Assembly: GCF_006345805.1 (NCBI RefSeq)
Contig: NC_042998.1
Span: forward strand, 172,112,001 to 172,176,000
From: Octopus sinensis
Taxonomy: Eukaryota
DNA: 64,000 nucleotides
Direction: 5' to 3'
Positions 39,640 to 53,678 of the stretch are shown here, piece by piece (the stretch's first letter is position 1; each line of letters opens with the position of its first letter). The notes under the pieces were generated by a model. It had not been told where the DNA came from, searched no databases, and worked only from the letters and a program-made list of their open reading frames with translations. A program made the translations under genes and the position numbers.

Positions 39640-39845
39640 TAGTTTAGTCCCAGGTCAGCTCTGAGCAGATAGACCTATGGTCAAAATGCCTTTCAGAAGA
39701 GATTGTCTTGGTAATTTGTATGTCGAGGACAACATTTTTCAGCATGTCACTCCTTTTTCAAGGCAGTGGAGTGTAACTTGAGGTAAATTTGATTGCTAAT
39801 TGAAGTGTGTTCAGTGACCACAGGGAAGTTCTTTCCTTGGTTGAG
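39640..39845 (+). repeat. Interspersed repeat family C (SINE-like); relatives near 6940-7100, 33430-33640, 40975-41130, 44215-44490
   Basis: Shared motif resembling GAGGGAGATTTGGCTGCTATTTCTAGCAGG in either orientation; family not named. Confidence 0.55.
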
Positions 39846-39972
39846 GAGTATGTATATCTGAGAAGAAGCATATTTCATTAAAAGATGCCTAATGGATACT
39901 TGTAAACCTATTTCTTAAACATGTCAATAAATTAATACAGTAATTTTTTTCTCAAGAATAGGTCAATTAGTA

Positions 39973-40353
39973 TACTCTTTTACTTGTTTCAGTCATTTGA
40001 CTGTGGCCATGCTGGAGTACCACATTTAGTCGAGCAAATCGACCCCAGGACTTATTCTTTGTAAGCCTAGTGCTTATTCTATTGGTCTCTTTTGCTGAAA
40101 CTCTAAGTTACGGGGACGTAAACACACCACCATCGGTTGTCAAGCGATGTTGGGGGGTGGAGACACACACACACACACACACATATATACAATGGGCTTC
40201 TTTCAGTTTCCGTCTACCAAATCCACTCACAAGGCTTTGGTCGACACGAGGCTATAGTAGAAGACACTTGCCCAAGGTGCCACGCAGTGGGACCGAACCC
40301 GGAACCATGTGGTTGGTAAGCAAGCTTCTTACCACACAGCCGCTCCTGTGCCT
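39973..40353 (-). mobile_element. SINE family A
   Basis: Full-length match. Confidence 0.88.
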
Positions 40354-42089
40354 ATAAAGTATGGTAACTTTTTTTCTTAAGAAAGTTTTGTCTGGTGGAA
40401 TAACATAAAAACACAAAACCTAACCCCCCCCCCCCAAAAAAAAAACTACTCTCATTAATTATTTAATAAGATATTATTCTTATTACAAATCAAATTAGAG
40501 TGTTACTCATCATATGATGGATAACTCTGGAAGTATACTTTTCCACCATGGGTAATATTAGAAATATGGCAGACATACACAATAATTGTAATCTTTTATT
40601 AAAGTGTTTGGTTCTAATACAAAATGATGAAATGAATACTAATTTTCAAAAGCAAAATATTACCTAAAAATTAAACGAAACAAAAGTTCTTATTTGTAAA
40701 ACTCCTCTGGTCATTTATTCTCTCCCCCTCCTGTCTCTATAATCCTTTCTCTCCACTTATCTGGCACTGCTTATCATAATGCTCTCTCTCTCTGTATCTC
40801 TGTTTAACTCACTCTGCCTCCTTTTTCTATATAACATAATGTGTGACTGGCAGAATCAACCAATCAACATCTATGTAAGCTGCTATCATATAGAGATTAT
40901 TAAGATTAGTTTGTACAAGAATTCAATTTATCATTCAAGATTCTGGGTTCAACTCTTACTACAATAGACACTGTTGTTCATAAATCCCAGGATAACCCGG
41001 ATCAAGCAGAGCTATGACCAACCTTTCTTAGGAGTATCTAAGATTATAAAAACTGTCTTCCCTTTTTCAAAATGGTAAAGGGCTGATTTGAGGGGAAATT
41101 CAGCAGCTATTTCAAGCAGGTTCTCTTATTGGTCAGCAGATATTAGCATTCATCTTTCTGGAGGTCAATGAATTAAATGCTAATTATACTGCAGTTGAGC
41201 CGATCAACTATACACCTTTTCTTTACAAATATTGACCACATGCTTAAGAAAAAACATTTTTATAAAAGTAAAGCAGACAGAGTGATGCAGATGGAGGATG
41301 GTAGTTGCATAAGAGCTGATGAAAAAATAATCTCAAGATATTACATCTGATGAAGGAGATGACAAAAGATGACATGTGGTGATATGCACTGCTGAAGAAG
41401 ACCTGATTACCTGTGCAAACTTGCTGAAATACTTGTTAGAATAGCAGAATAATGCCTGCACCCCTCCTTTGCATATTGTTTCATGTATGCCACCTTCTGG
41501 TGGCTCTAATGCTGGTGGCTTGAAAAACTCATCAAGTACACTATAGACAGGTTATCCAGCATCAGAAACTGTGCCAAAAATGAGATGTTATAGTAAAATG
41601 TGATCTTCTAAGCCAGTGAATCCTGTTGAACCATCCTACCCATGCCAGCATGGAAAACAGGTGTAAAATTTATAAAAGCTCAGCTCAAGAAACATTGAAC
41701 CATCATTTGAGTTACCTTACAAATATCTTTCAAATATTTACAGTGATAATCTTAGTTTCTGTCCCCTACTTTATCAGTCACTAATGATGATAATGATGAA
41801 GCAGGTTTACTTCACTTCTTCAAAGTAATGAGTTCAAACCTCATTAGGCTGATATAACTTTTCAATAGACCAAGGTCTGTAGAAGAAGCATCAGAAATTC
41901 TACTTTGGTTGATTATATCTTTTCCTTACGTAAGTTAGTTTAGAACTTGGTCAAAAGAAACCAACTTATAATTAAAATGCAATTAATCATGAAATTAATG
42001 TTGCCCGTGTTTTTAAAGAAACAATAGAGCATTGCACTAAAATATATTACAAAATTTCCTTTTTTTCTATATTGATTGTGAATTCAACA

Positions 42090-42606
42090 CTAACCAGAGG
42101 ATTCTGGATAATTAATGTCAGTGTTCCGATTTTTGACCCGACAGGATAAGTGAGACCATAACCCGAGGCCTTTACCAGGGATGTAGCCAGTCCACTTATG
42201 CATACCTTTCCTTATTTGAACACAAAACTCTGCTTGTGAAGATCTGTTGAGGCAAGTGAAATTGAAATCGATCAAAAATCAATGGAAATTGTAGTTGTGA
42301 TACCTGTGCCAGTGGCACGTAAAAAGCACCATCCGAACGTGGCTGTTGCCAGCGCCACCTCATCTGGCTTCCATCCTGGTGGCACGTAAAAGCACCAACC
42401 GATCGTGGCCGTTGCCAGCCTCGCCTGGCACGTAAAAAGCATCCACTACACTCACGGAGTGGTTGGCATTAGGAAGGGCATCCAGCTGTAGAAACACTGC
42501 CAGATCAGACTGGAACCTTGTGCAGCCTCCTGGCTTCCCAGACCCTGGTCGAACAGTCCAACCCATGCTAGCATGGAAAATGGAGTTAAACGATGATGAT
42601 GATGAT
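42090..42606 (+). mobile_element. RTE 3' UTR copy
   Basis: CCACTTATGCATACC...GGAAGGGCATCCAG...(GAT)n. Confidence 0.88.
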
Positions 42607-42639
42607 CACCATCCCATTGCACACTGTAATCTATATTAA

Positions 42640-42854
42640 CTCTTAAGCATTGAAATCAGCCATAATTGGCCAAACTATTTTACTTGTTTTATGTTGAAAC
42701 TGGCCAGATCTGGCCTCTGCCATCTACCCTATACCGCCTTTCTAAAGATAAACAACCATATCATCGAAATCTCAAAGCTACGAAATAACGTATGATTAAT
42801 TCAAAACAATATGAATAAACAGGCATCATCTAGAATAGTTTGAATGCTAAAGGG
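42640..42854. mobile_element. TTAA-flanked MITE (piggyBac-like); relatives at about 44965-45160 and 63039-63246
   Basis: TTAA|CTCTTAAGCATT ... AATGCTAAAGGG|TTAA. Confidence 0.75.
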
Positions 42855-42938
42855 TTAAATCTATGAAGCTCAGTTCAAGAAACATTGAACTATCATTCGA
42901 GTGACCATCTATCAAATATTTACAGTGATAATATCCTA

Positions 42939-42984
<46 letters not shown>

Positions 42985-43399
42985 GGGGAGGGAGAGAGAG
43001 AATTGTATATTGTAAAATAAAGCACAGTTACACAACTAAAAACGTACACTATATATTTATATCACTAGGTAGAGAATTCAATACTGAAAAGTTCCCATTT
43101 TTTATATATATTCAGGTATCTTTTAAGTCTAATCCCTTAAGAGGAACAATAGCTCTAGGGTTCAACAGCAACATTTAACTATCAAATTTCTGCTGTGTGT
43201 GTGTGTGTGTGTATGCATGTATGTGCAATGCCATATTTTTATTCTCTGGGCAAATTGTATGGTGGCCTCACTAGTGCTAGTGACATGAAATGAAACACCT
43301 AGTACATACTGTAAAGTGGTTGGTGTTAGAAAGGGCATCCAGTTGTAGAAACAATGTCATAGCAAACATTGGAGCATGCAACAATCTTTGAGCCCATTG

Positions 43400-43870
43400 G
43401 ATCATCATCATCATCATCATCATCATCGTTTAACGTCCGCTTTCCATGCTAGCATGGGTTGGACGATTTTGACTGAGGGCTGGCGAACCAGATGGCTGCA
43501 CTAGGCTCTAATCTTGATCTGGCAGAGTTTCTACAGCTGGATGCCCTTCCTAACGCCAACCACTCCGAGAGTGTAGTGGGTGCTTTGTACGTGCTGCCGG
43601 CACGGGGGCCAGTCAGGCGGTACTGGCAATGACCTCGCTCGAATCTTTTTACATGTGTCACCGACACAGATGCCAGTGAAGCGACGTTAGTAACAATCAC
43701 ACTTGAATGGTGCCCTTTTACATGCCACAGGTATGGAAGCCAGTTGGCTGCTCTGGCAACGATCACACTCGGATGGTGCTCTTGGCACCCTACTAGCACA
43801 GGCATAAGTGCTAGTAAGGCAACGCTGGTAACGATCATACTCGAAAAGCTGCTCTTCAATGATCACACTT
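43400..43870 (-). mobile_element. RTE 3' UTR copy
   Basis: (CAT)n then CGTTTAACGTCCGCTTTCCATGCTAGC. Confidence 0.88.
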
Positions 43871-45989
43871 GTATGGTGGTCTCTTAATTAAATGATAATG
43901 TATGTATGTATGCATGCATGTATGTACATAGCACAAAACATGAGATAAGGCCATTCTATTAAATTTAGGGCTGGCTCCCAATCAACAACACTAGTAAATA
44001 TCACTGGTTGTGTTGTACTGACTTAAAGACATTGTAGAGGAACAGAAAGAAGCTATTATTAGCACAAATTATTAATTCTTTTTTAGGCACTGGAGAGGTA
44101 GATATGGTAGAGTGCCAGATTGAAAGTGTTTTTAATTGTATCTTGGCCATGACGTTCATCCTTCCAAGGTCAATGAACTAACAACCAGCCACATACTGAA
44201 TTGATTCATTTGACTGTATCTTTCTCTGATATAGTTGGGGACCTGTTGTCTCCCGCACTACCAGAAATCTCAATGAGGTAGGTCAACCTTGCTAGAAATA
44301 GCAGTGAAATCTCCCTTTAATCACACACTCTTTATAAAAAGATGATGCATTGGGATATGTAGTCTTGGATACATTGTCTGAATGTCTGAAAGATGTGATG
44401 GCCATGAATGGAATGCCTTTCATCATAGTTCTACTGGATTAGGGCTGACCCGGGGGTTAAAAAATAACCACCATTGCTACTACTCACATATCATGTTGGC
44501 AAAACTGGTGTCTTTGAACCATATTCCAAGGAAGGAATTTGGTACAATTAAATTTCTTGCCACTTTGAAATGGCAAACTAATACACATTAAATAACAATA
44601 ATAATTACACAACTACATACAAATGTAATAATTACAGCAGTAATAACACAATTACATAGCTAAATATGTGCACAAATAGATGATTAACTGAGTTTAAATG
44701 CAGCAGGTCTTTGGAATGTCAACATTTTTTGTTTGATTTATCTTCAGCCAGGAAATGAAACAAGGACATCATTGGCAAGATGTCAATTATTTCAACTACT
44801 ACAACTATAACCTTTTGTTACATGTTTCTTTTGAAATACACTTTGTTTCTATTCATTTTTAAAATAATGAAGACTTTAGTAAAATAACTGTCATTATTAA
44901 GCTGGGGTTTGGAAGATAATTAAACAAGAAATTTTGATGGTAAATTATAATTTAAATCACTTTAAACTCTTCAGCATTTTAAACTAGCCACATCTGACCC
45001 AAATATTCTACCTGTTTTATATTCATACTGGCTATATCTGGCTTCTCATGCCCACTATACAATGTCATACACAGTATAAACGATCCCATAACTGAAATCG
45101 CAAAGCTTTGAAACAATGCATGATTACTTCAAAACAATGTGAGTAAAAAAGCAAAAGGTTAAAACAGGAAATTTGTGTCTTGAACTAGGGGAAATTTCAG
45201 GTGGATTAGTATTAAGAGGGATAAACAAGTTATATAGAACAACCCAGAACAATCTCAATGTGGTTGTCCCACTTGCTAGAACTAATAGTTATGTTCCCTC
45301 AAATCAGACCCTACTGTCTTACAAAATAAAGAATACAGTGGCCAATGTAATCCTAAATAGGCAAAAAAGCAGAAGAGTCAGGACTGAAAAAAACTTTGAT
45401 CAGAGTTCTGTTCAACCAAGACTGAACCGTGCGAAACATTCTCATGACTTAAATGCATGTCGTGGGTGAGAGTGGGGAACAACAAACACAAAAGACACAT
45501 ACACACACAAACAGGCTTCCACTCAATTTCCACCAATGAAATTCACTCACAAGGCATTGATCTATAATAGATGGCATGTGAGGCCACTGCATAGTGATAC
45601 TGAACCTGAAACCATGTGGCTGCAATCACACAACAATGCCTGCACCTAGCATAGGCAAATGCAAATGATTTTATCTTGTAAGAGAAATACAACTAAAGAT
45701 TATTATACATTTGTTTTAGAGGTACACAAACGATACAGTAGGATCTCTGACAGAATGACAGTGAACCAGTGCAATAGAAGAAGGGAGAAGTACAGAAATA
45801 GCAGCAGCAGCACCAATGCTAGGCAGCTCATTAAATGTAGTCAAAAGTTTCTTTTAATGACGTAATTAGTGCTGGAGTTGATTGTATAAAAAGTTGAGTA
45901 GCAAGTGTATGGAAAAGGTAGAAGAAATTCAGGAAGTTGTTGGCATGTGTGTATAAGGAGAAAATTGTTATTATTACTATTATTATTAT

Positions 45990-46720
45990 TATTAAGATGA
46001 TCAGCAGGCTGAATTGATAGCACATCAGACATTTGGCTCATTTCATGCTGAGCTTCAATCCTGCTGGGGGTCAACTTTGCTTTTCATCCTTTTGGGGTCA
46101 ATAAAATATAGTAACAGTCAAGCACTGGAATTGATGTAATTGATTACCCTGCTCCAAATGTTGACCTTGAGCCAAAAATTGAAACAATTATTATTAATTA
46201 TTGTTGCCACCGCCACCGCCACCACCATCATTAAAAAGGCAGTGAGCTGACAACTGTTACTGTGCCAAGTGAAATGCCTAGCAGCATTTCAACAGTCTTT
46301 ACATTCTGAGTTCAAACTCTGCTGAGGCTGACATTGCACTTCATCCTTTTGGGACTGATAAAATAAGTACCGGTTGAGCACTGGAGTTGGTGTAATCAAC
46401 AAGCTCCTCTCCCATAATTGCAGGCCTTGTGCTTATAATAGAAAGGATTATTATTATTATGATGATGATGATGATGGCAGTGAGCTGGCAGAACTGTTAG
46501 CATGCTGGGCAACATGCTTAGTTGCATTTTGTTTGTCTTTATGTTTTGAGTTCAAATTCCACCAATATCGATTTTGCTATCATCCTTTTGTAATTGATAA
46601 AATAAGTACCAGTTAAGTACTGAGGTTGATGTGATCGACCACCCTTCTCCTCAAAAACTGCTGGTCCTGTGCCAAAATTTGAAGCCCTTACTGTTATTGT
46701 CATTATTGTTGTTGTTACAT
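45990..46720 (+). mobile_element. Three head-to-tail SINE family B copies
   Basis: Repeated box B GAGTTCAAA, TTCATCC...ATAAAATAAGTACC, each separated by (ATT)/(ATG)-type tails. Confidence 0.8.
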
Positions 46721-47032
46721 GATACCAAAAATGAAAAAGCTGCATCAGATGTTTCTATAGATTTGAACATTGTTATCTAACCAATCAGAATTTTATGACA
46801 AAGTATGTAAGGATATGCCTTTCAAGCAATTTAAGGTTCTTAAACTATTGTTAATGTAAATAAGAATAAAAATGATTTCATTAATCTTTTCTCCACAACT
46901 CAGATATTTTGCCAAAGGACTTCTCTGGAACTAAACATCAACAAGTAATAGGGACTCTTTTACTCACAGCCCACCAACTTTGTCATCCAAAGCAAAATCT
47001 GCCCAATTTACTTGCATCTTTTGAACTCTTTC

Positions 47033-47465
47033 ATCATCATCATCATCATCATCATTTAGCGTCCGCTTTCCATCTTAGCATGGGTTGGACGGTTCAACTG
47101 GGGTCTGGGAAGCCAGAAGGCTGCATCAGGCCCAGTCTGATCTGGCAATGTTTCTACGGCTGGATGCTCTTCCTAACGCCAACCACTCAGTGAGAGTAGT
47201 GGGTGCTTTTTACGTGCCAGACGGGGCTGGCAAACAGCCACGGTCGGATGGTGCTTTTTACGTGCCACCGACACGGGGGCCAGTTGAGGCAGCACTGGCA
47301 ACGGCCAGGATCGGATGGTGCTTGTTATGTGCCACCGGCAGGGAGGCCAGTCGGGGTGGCGCTGGCAACGGCCACGTTCGGATGGTTCACTTACGTGCCA
47401 CCGGCACTGGTATCACAGCTACAATTTCCATTGATGTTGATCGATTTCGATTTTGATTCTGATTC
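47033..47465 (-). mobile_element. RTE 3' UTR copy, CpG-rich (young)
   Basis: Same motifs with several internal repeat units. Confidence 0.88.
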
Positions 47466-48603
47466 TCGTTCTTTAATAAATATTTTGCCCATACCATTTC
47501 CAGAACTTTATTCCATTCCAAATTTTTTGTGCAGCTGCTTCAATGTGAAGAGATTTCCTCTTGTTATTCTAATTATTGCGATCATGAGAACTACTGCACC
47601 AACAACAGTCTGACTACCAACACTAAACTTATAAAGAAAAAAAAAAACGCCTTCTCTCACACAGATGTGTTTATGTGCTTCAGTATGTTTTGTATTGGTA
47701 TGTACTTAAGTGTTTCATGTATGTGCATGTGTATTTGTGTAGGATTGTACATATGGATTTGTATAGGTATGTGTATATGAATTAGTGCAGGTATGTGCAA
47801 ATGTGTTTATGCTGGTATGTATATGGGTATTTGTGTGCATGTGTGAATTGTATGGTTATAAATACAAGCCTACCCACACACACATGTACATGATAAGTGG
47901 AGTCAGCAGGTTGGTTTCAATTCCCAATTGGGTTGATTCTTTTTATTATAGCAAATGACATTTTTTCTGTGATTAAAAAACAAAAATTCTTATATTTTTG
48001 ATTAATTAATTCTAAAACTTTATTCCTAATTACAAAACTACATACCTCACTTGATATAAATAGATTAAGTACCTATAACAGAGCTCTTGCCCATTCAAGA
48101 CATCAAATACATCTCTCTCTCTCTCTCTCTTTTCTTTCTTACTTGTTCTCACACACAGAAAGATATAATATCTTCTTCTACCTTTAAAAGTAAGATAAAA
48201 CTTGCTGCCATAGAATAAATGACAAGAATTTATAGTTCACTTAACAAATTGGGAAAGAATATTTAGTCTATGGAATGCTAAACAGCTACTACATGTAACA
48301 GAGGTGGCAAGGACTCAAATATGGATAAGAAATGCATGTAGCTAAAAGTAGGAGTACAAACAGAAAATGGTTGCCATGGTTACCAACATCAAATGCAGCT
48401 ATGCTGTAACACTATACGCAATACCCTGATGTAATTACAAGCCTTAAGTCATTGACGATAAAATTTCCTTTGTGTTTGTCTAAATCCTGTTCTTTTTACA
48501 AACAGTAGTTTGAAAGCTCAATTAATTAGTAGTGGATTTCTGTATCAACCACCGGGAAGAGAATTTTCAATTATGAGAACATTTCATAAACTTAATTTAA
48601 AAG

Positions 48604-48813
48604 TTGAAAAAAAAAGTTAAAAAAAAACAACAGAAAATATCTGAAATTTTAACAAGAACTTGACTCAAAATTAAGAAAATAGAATAAAAAATTTAGTTAA
48701 ATTCATCATCATCATCATGAATTTAACTAATTTTTTTATTCTATTTTCTTAATTTTGAGTCAAGTTCTTGTTAAAATTTCAGATATTTTCTGGTTTTTTT
48801 TTAACTTTTTCAA
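48604..48813. repeat. Near-perfect inverted repeat, ~100-bp arms, 10-nt (CAT)n loop
   Basis: 48631-48706 versus the reverse complement of 48717-48792 differs at 1 of 76 positions by my manual alignment. Confidence 0.97.
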
Positions 48814-49149
48814 AATTTTGTTTTATTATAAAAAATAAAAGCGGTAGGAAAAGCATAACATAAGAAAAGTCATTCAGTCAAAGAAACTATACCAAAGCAG
48901 ACATTGGAATGTGATGGCATTTCTTAGACCTACTGGATCCTGTCAAACTGCTTAACTCATGCAAGTATGGGGGATGGAGGTATGATGATGATGATGATGA
49001 TGATGGTGAAAAGCCTTGTAGCAACAACTATTTTAATGTAACTTTTAACAACAGAGTTCCATGCAATGAATTTAAAACTGAACAATTATGCTCATCATTA
49101 CTGGTTGCCATTCATACATAAATGGGTAATTTCGTATGGAACTTCCAAT

Positions 49150-49350
49150 TCTCTGCACTACAGGCTCAAGACATGAAATTTTAGTGAAGGGGAGCTTGTT
49201 GATTACGTTGACATCAGTATGCAATTTGTACTTATTTTACTGACCCTAAAAGGATGCAGAGCAAAGTCAACCTCAGTGGCATTTGAACTTGGAATGAAAA
49301 GTCAGTAGAAATGCTGCAAAGCACTTTTTCAGTATGTTAACAATTCTGCT
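49150..49350 (-). mobile_element. SINE family B, old; further old copies at about 62235-62425, 62870-63035, 63270-63450
   Basis: AAAGGATGCAGAGCAAAGTCAACCTCAGTGGCATTTGAAC-type core. Confidence 0.75.
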
Positions 49351-49989
49351 AGTTCACCACCTTCTATAGAGGTTTTGATTATAAAATGTTTTTCCAAATC
49401 AATTTTTTAAAATTTATTTATTTATTTAAGAAAAAACTTGAAATTTCAACAATCATTTAAAAGGAGATTTGAATGAAATGTAATTAAATTAAAAAGATTT
49501 TACAATTCAAACACATTATTTTAAATTGAATTTTGATTTCTGTTTAAATTTCAGATTATAAATTTTTTCAACTCAATCTCATTGACCTAAAATTTCTAAA
49601 AATGCCTTGTAGGAAGAACTAACAAACAACGCTTTTAGGAGGCAAGGCTGCATTCAATAGCTTTAAATCTGAATAACTACAAGATTTATAAAGTCTGAAA
49701 GGGTTTGGGAAAGCAAATGTGTACAGCCAGTTTAATTCATTTGTTTAACATCCGTTTCCCTATGCAAGCACAGGTTGGATGAATGTATATATTGAGATAT
49801 TTTTATAGTCAGAAGTCCTTCCTGTTACAATCACTAACCCACTTCCCAAGTTAGACAGCAGAGCTAACAAATAATTCGTGGCCAGGGAATGTTAACAAAC
49901 ACAATTTTTTGCACACTGCTTTTCTAGCAAAGTGACGGATTTAAACAATCACACATAAATACACATGTACATGCAAGCATACACAAACA

Positions 49990-51231
49990 CACAATGTGAT
50001 CAAAAGTATCCAGACACCCACCTGATAACAAAGTACAAGTTTGGGCCAACCTCTATTGGGAACACTGGCAGTCAATATGGTGGGCCCACCCATATCCTTG
50101 ATGACAGCCTCTACTCCCGCAGGCATACTTTCAGTCAGGTGACAAAAAGTTTCTTGGGGAATGGCAGTCCATTCTCCGTGGAACTGAAATGTGCAAGAGT
50201 ATCGATGTGGGTTGGTGCAATTTAGCACAAGGTTGACATTCCAATATACTCCAGAGATGTTGATGAAATTTAAATCAGGACTCTACACAGGCCAGTCCAT
50301 TAGTGAGATGTTGATGCCATCAAACCACTTCCCTACAACCTCTGCAGTATGGATGGGTGCTCGGTCATGTTGAAAGACACAATGGTCAACCCCAAACTGG
50401 TCATGAACAGTAGTCAACATGAAAGTGGTTAAACTGTCAGTGTAAGCTTGTGTTGTGACAGTGCCACATAAAGCAACAAGGGGCCAAGCTCCCTCCAGGA
50501 GAAACATGACCAAACCATGACCCTCATCACTGCTGAATTTCCCTCAGCACTATACAGGCTGCTGCATATCATTCCCCAGCTATTTGCCACAACCACGCTC
50601 TACCATTGGATTGCCACATTGTGTACCTTCATTCATCATTCCACACAACAGTTTTCCATGGTGCTCTAGTTTAGTTTCAATGCTCTTTTATACCATGCAA
50701 GGTGGTGATAGGCATTTGTCTCTGTGATGTGTGGCTTATAGGCAGCTGCTCTTCTATGAAAACCAAGTTTCTGCACCTCATGACAAACAAAATAGATCCT
50801 GCTGCAGTGTGGAATTCTTGTGAAATGGTGGTGAGGGATGATAGACAATTATGCTGTACGACTCTCTTCAACACTTGATGGTCTCTAGGGGTTAACATAG
50901 GAGGTTGGCTCGGATGCTTTTGGGTTGTACACATCCCTTCACTTTTCCACTCTACTATTACATTGGAAACAGTGGACCTAGGGATAGTTAGGAGGGTGGA
51001 AATCTCACACACAGGCTTAGTAGACAAGTGGTACCTGACCACCTGACTGCTTTGAAAGTCTGTTAGTTCTACAGAGCATCCCATTCTGCTGCCTAGTGCT
51101 GTCTGAAATCACTGACCATGTGTTCTGCATGGTAAGTGGTAGTACTGTGGAATCCTCTGTGATCTAAGGAATCACCCTCTATGATAAATACATGTTTTGC
51201 TGGATGTCCAGATACTTTTGATCATATAGCA
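49990..51231 (-). mobile_element. Full-span decayed Tc1 element with both TIRs
   Basis: TIRs CACAATGTGATCAAAAGTATCCAGACA / GATGTCCAGATACTTTTGATCATATAG; MGCSVELTDFQ...EISTLLTIPRSTVS, FQHDRAPIH, DWPVxSPDLN. Confidence 0.88.
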
Positions 51232-51273
<42 letters not shown>

Positions 51274-51813
51274 CTTATACATTTATATGTATGTATATGG
51301 GAAAGAAAGAGAGAGGGATGAGCTTTTATATAGTTTTTGGTCTACTGATTTTTCTCACAAGGGATTGGCTGAGCCAAGACCACAGTAAAAGACACTTGCA
51401 AGTTTCCTAGTGTTAGATAAAATAAGACAAATCCTTTCAATCCTACAGATAGATTTCCAAACAATAAGCAGGTAACATTCCTAAATGGTGTGGTACTTAT
51501 TTCCAGTGGTTACGTACACCAAAAGAGTGAAGAATTATGTATCCTAAGCTGAAATAAGCAAACTTCCTGCCCTGCAATGGATTTTATCTCAGAAACGCTC
51601 TGTCTGAAACCATATCCTTTTTCACTATCTACCTTAAAAAAATTCCAGCAGCCTGATTATTTTCTCCATGTTCTTCTACTGTTGGGCCCACCAAATAACA
51701 GCATGAAGAAAACAGAAACATTTCACAATATCTATCGTTCCTTTATCCCTGATAAAACAAGTACCAAGTGGAGGTGCAATTCAGTTGCTGAAAATATAAC
51801 ATATTTCTCATCT

Positions 51814-52200
51814 AGGAGTGGCTGTGTGGTAAGTAGCTTGCTTACGAACCACATGGTTCCGGGTTCAGTCCCACTGCGTGGCACCTTGGGCAAGTGTCTT
51901 CTGCTATAGCCTTGGGCTGACCAAAGCCTTGTGAGTGGACTTGGTAGATGGAAACTGAAAGAAGCCCTTCGTATATATGTATATATATATATGTGTATGT
52001 TTGTGTGTTGTGTTTGCCCCCTCCCCGAACATCGCTTGACAACCGATGCTGGTGTGTTTACGTCCCCGTAACTTAGCGGTTCAGCAAAAGAGACTGATAG
52101 AATAAGTACTAGGCTTACAAAGGATAAAAAATGGGGTCGATTTCCTCGACTAAAGGTGCTGCTCCAGCATGGCCGCAGTCAAATGACTGAAACAAGTAAA
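51814..52200 (+). mobile_element. SINE family A
   Basis: Full-length match, + strand. Confidence 0.88.
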
Positions 52201-52255
52201 TGAATGTAAATGAATGAATGAATGTAATCAAAAGTTACACTCATGCTCTGTCTAA

Positions 52256-52290
<35 letters not shown>

Positions 52291-52647
52291 ACACACACAC
52301 CAAAAAGATATTTTATATTTTGATCAATATATCACTGTGGAGTGCTGAGTGCAAACCCTTCCATCATGTAAAACCCACACAACCAGGGAGAGAAGTAAAA
52401 ACATTTATGGTCAACTCTTTTACTGAAATCAGTAAAAAGAAAAAGTACTGGCATTGGTATGATTGACTAAAACCCTTCAAGAGTTCAGTCAATTATATTA
52501 AACCCAGTACTTATTTTACTGATCATTATCTATTGCATAATTAAGTAACCTTTTGACATAAACAAATGCAGTTTGATGAGTCGTTTTACAATGGTATAAC
52601 ACAGACAGAAGCACTCAAGCATGCGCACAAATTATATAATACACAAT

Positions 52648-53020
52648 AGGTGCAGGAATGGCTGTGTGGTAAGAAGCTTGCTTCCCAACCATATGGCTCT
52701 GGGTCACACTGTGTGACACCTTGGGCCATTGTCTTCTACTATAGCCTCGGGCCGACCAAAGCCTTAGTGAGTGAGTTTGGTAGACGGAAACTGAAAGAAG
52801 CCTGTGTGTGTGTGTATGTATTTGTGTGTGTTTATCCCTCCCACCATCGTCTGACAACCAATTTTACATCCCTGTAACTTAGCAGTTTGGCAAAAGAGAC
52901 TGATAGAATAAGTACTAGGCTTACAAAGAATAAGTCCTGAGGTCAGTTTGTTTGACTAAAGGCGGTGCTCCAGCATGGCCACAGTCAAATGAGTGAAACA
53001 AGTAAAAGTGTAAAAGAATA
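52648..53020 (+). mobile_element. SINE family A
   Basis: Full-length match, + strand. Confidence 0.85.
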
Positions 53021-53460
53021 AAACAGCATTCTACAATGCTTCAATCAAAATTTTTCTTACAAGGCTACAACTCGCTCCCTTTACTCCCACCCACACGCTT
53101 GTCCAAAGTATCACAAATTGGGATCAAACCTAGACCCATGTGGTTGTCAAGTGAACTTTGTAAAAATACAGCTATACCAGCATACAAATTTGTAAGATCA
53201 TGATCTAGCCTCTCCCATTTTTCATGATTATATATCTTCCCATATACATCATTTAGGTTGTGTCAATTATATGAGAAGTGTCATAACTAAATGAAGATAT
53301 AATTACTGTTAAATCTATCTCTGGACAAAGAGAGAAAAAAAAATAAATGGGTTTACTCTGAATTAAATGAGCAAAAAGAAAATATGTCTTTTTTTTATGA
53401 CTGCCTAAATTTATATAATAATAGAAAAAAACGATTCATTTTAAGAGTTTCTCTATGTAT

Positions 53461-53632
53461 AGGCGCAGGAGTGGCTGTGTGGTAAGTAGCTTGCTTACCA
53501 ACCACATGGTTCCGGGTTCAGTCCCACTGCGTGGCATCTTGGGTAAGTGTCTTCTGCTATAGCCCCGGGCCAACCAATGCCTTGTGAGTGCATTTGGTAG
53601 ACGGAAACTGAAAGAAGCCTGTCGTATATATA

Positions 53633-53678
<46 letters not shown>

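Noticed and set aside
41790-41855. C/D snoRNA-like ATGATGA...CTGA
   Set aside because: No terminal stem; overlaps a decayed SINE B box B region.
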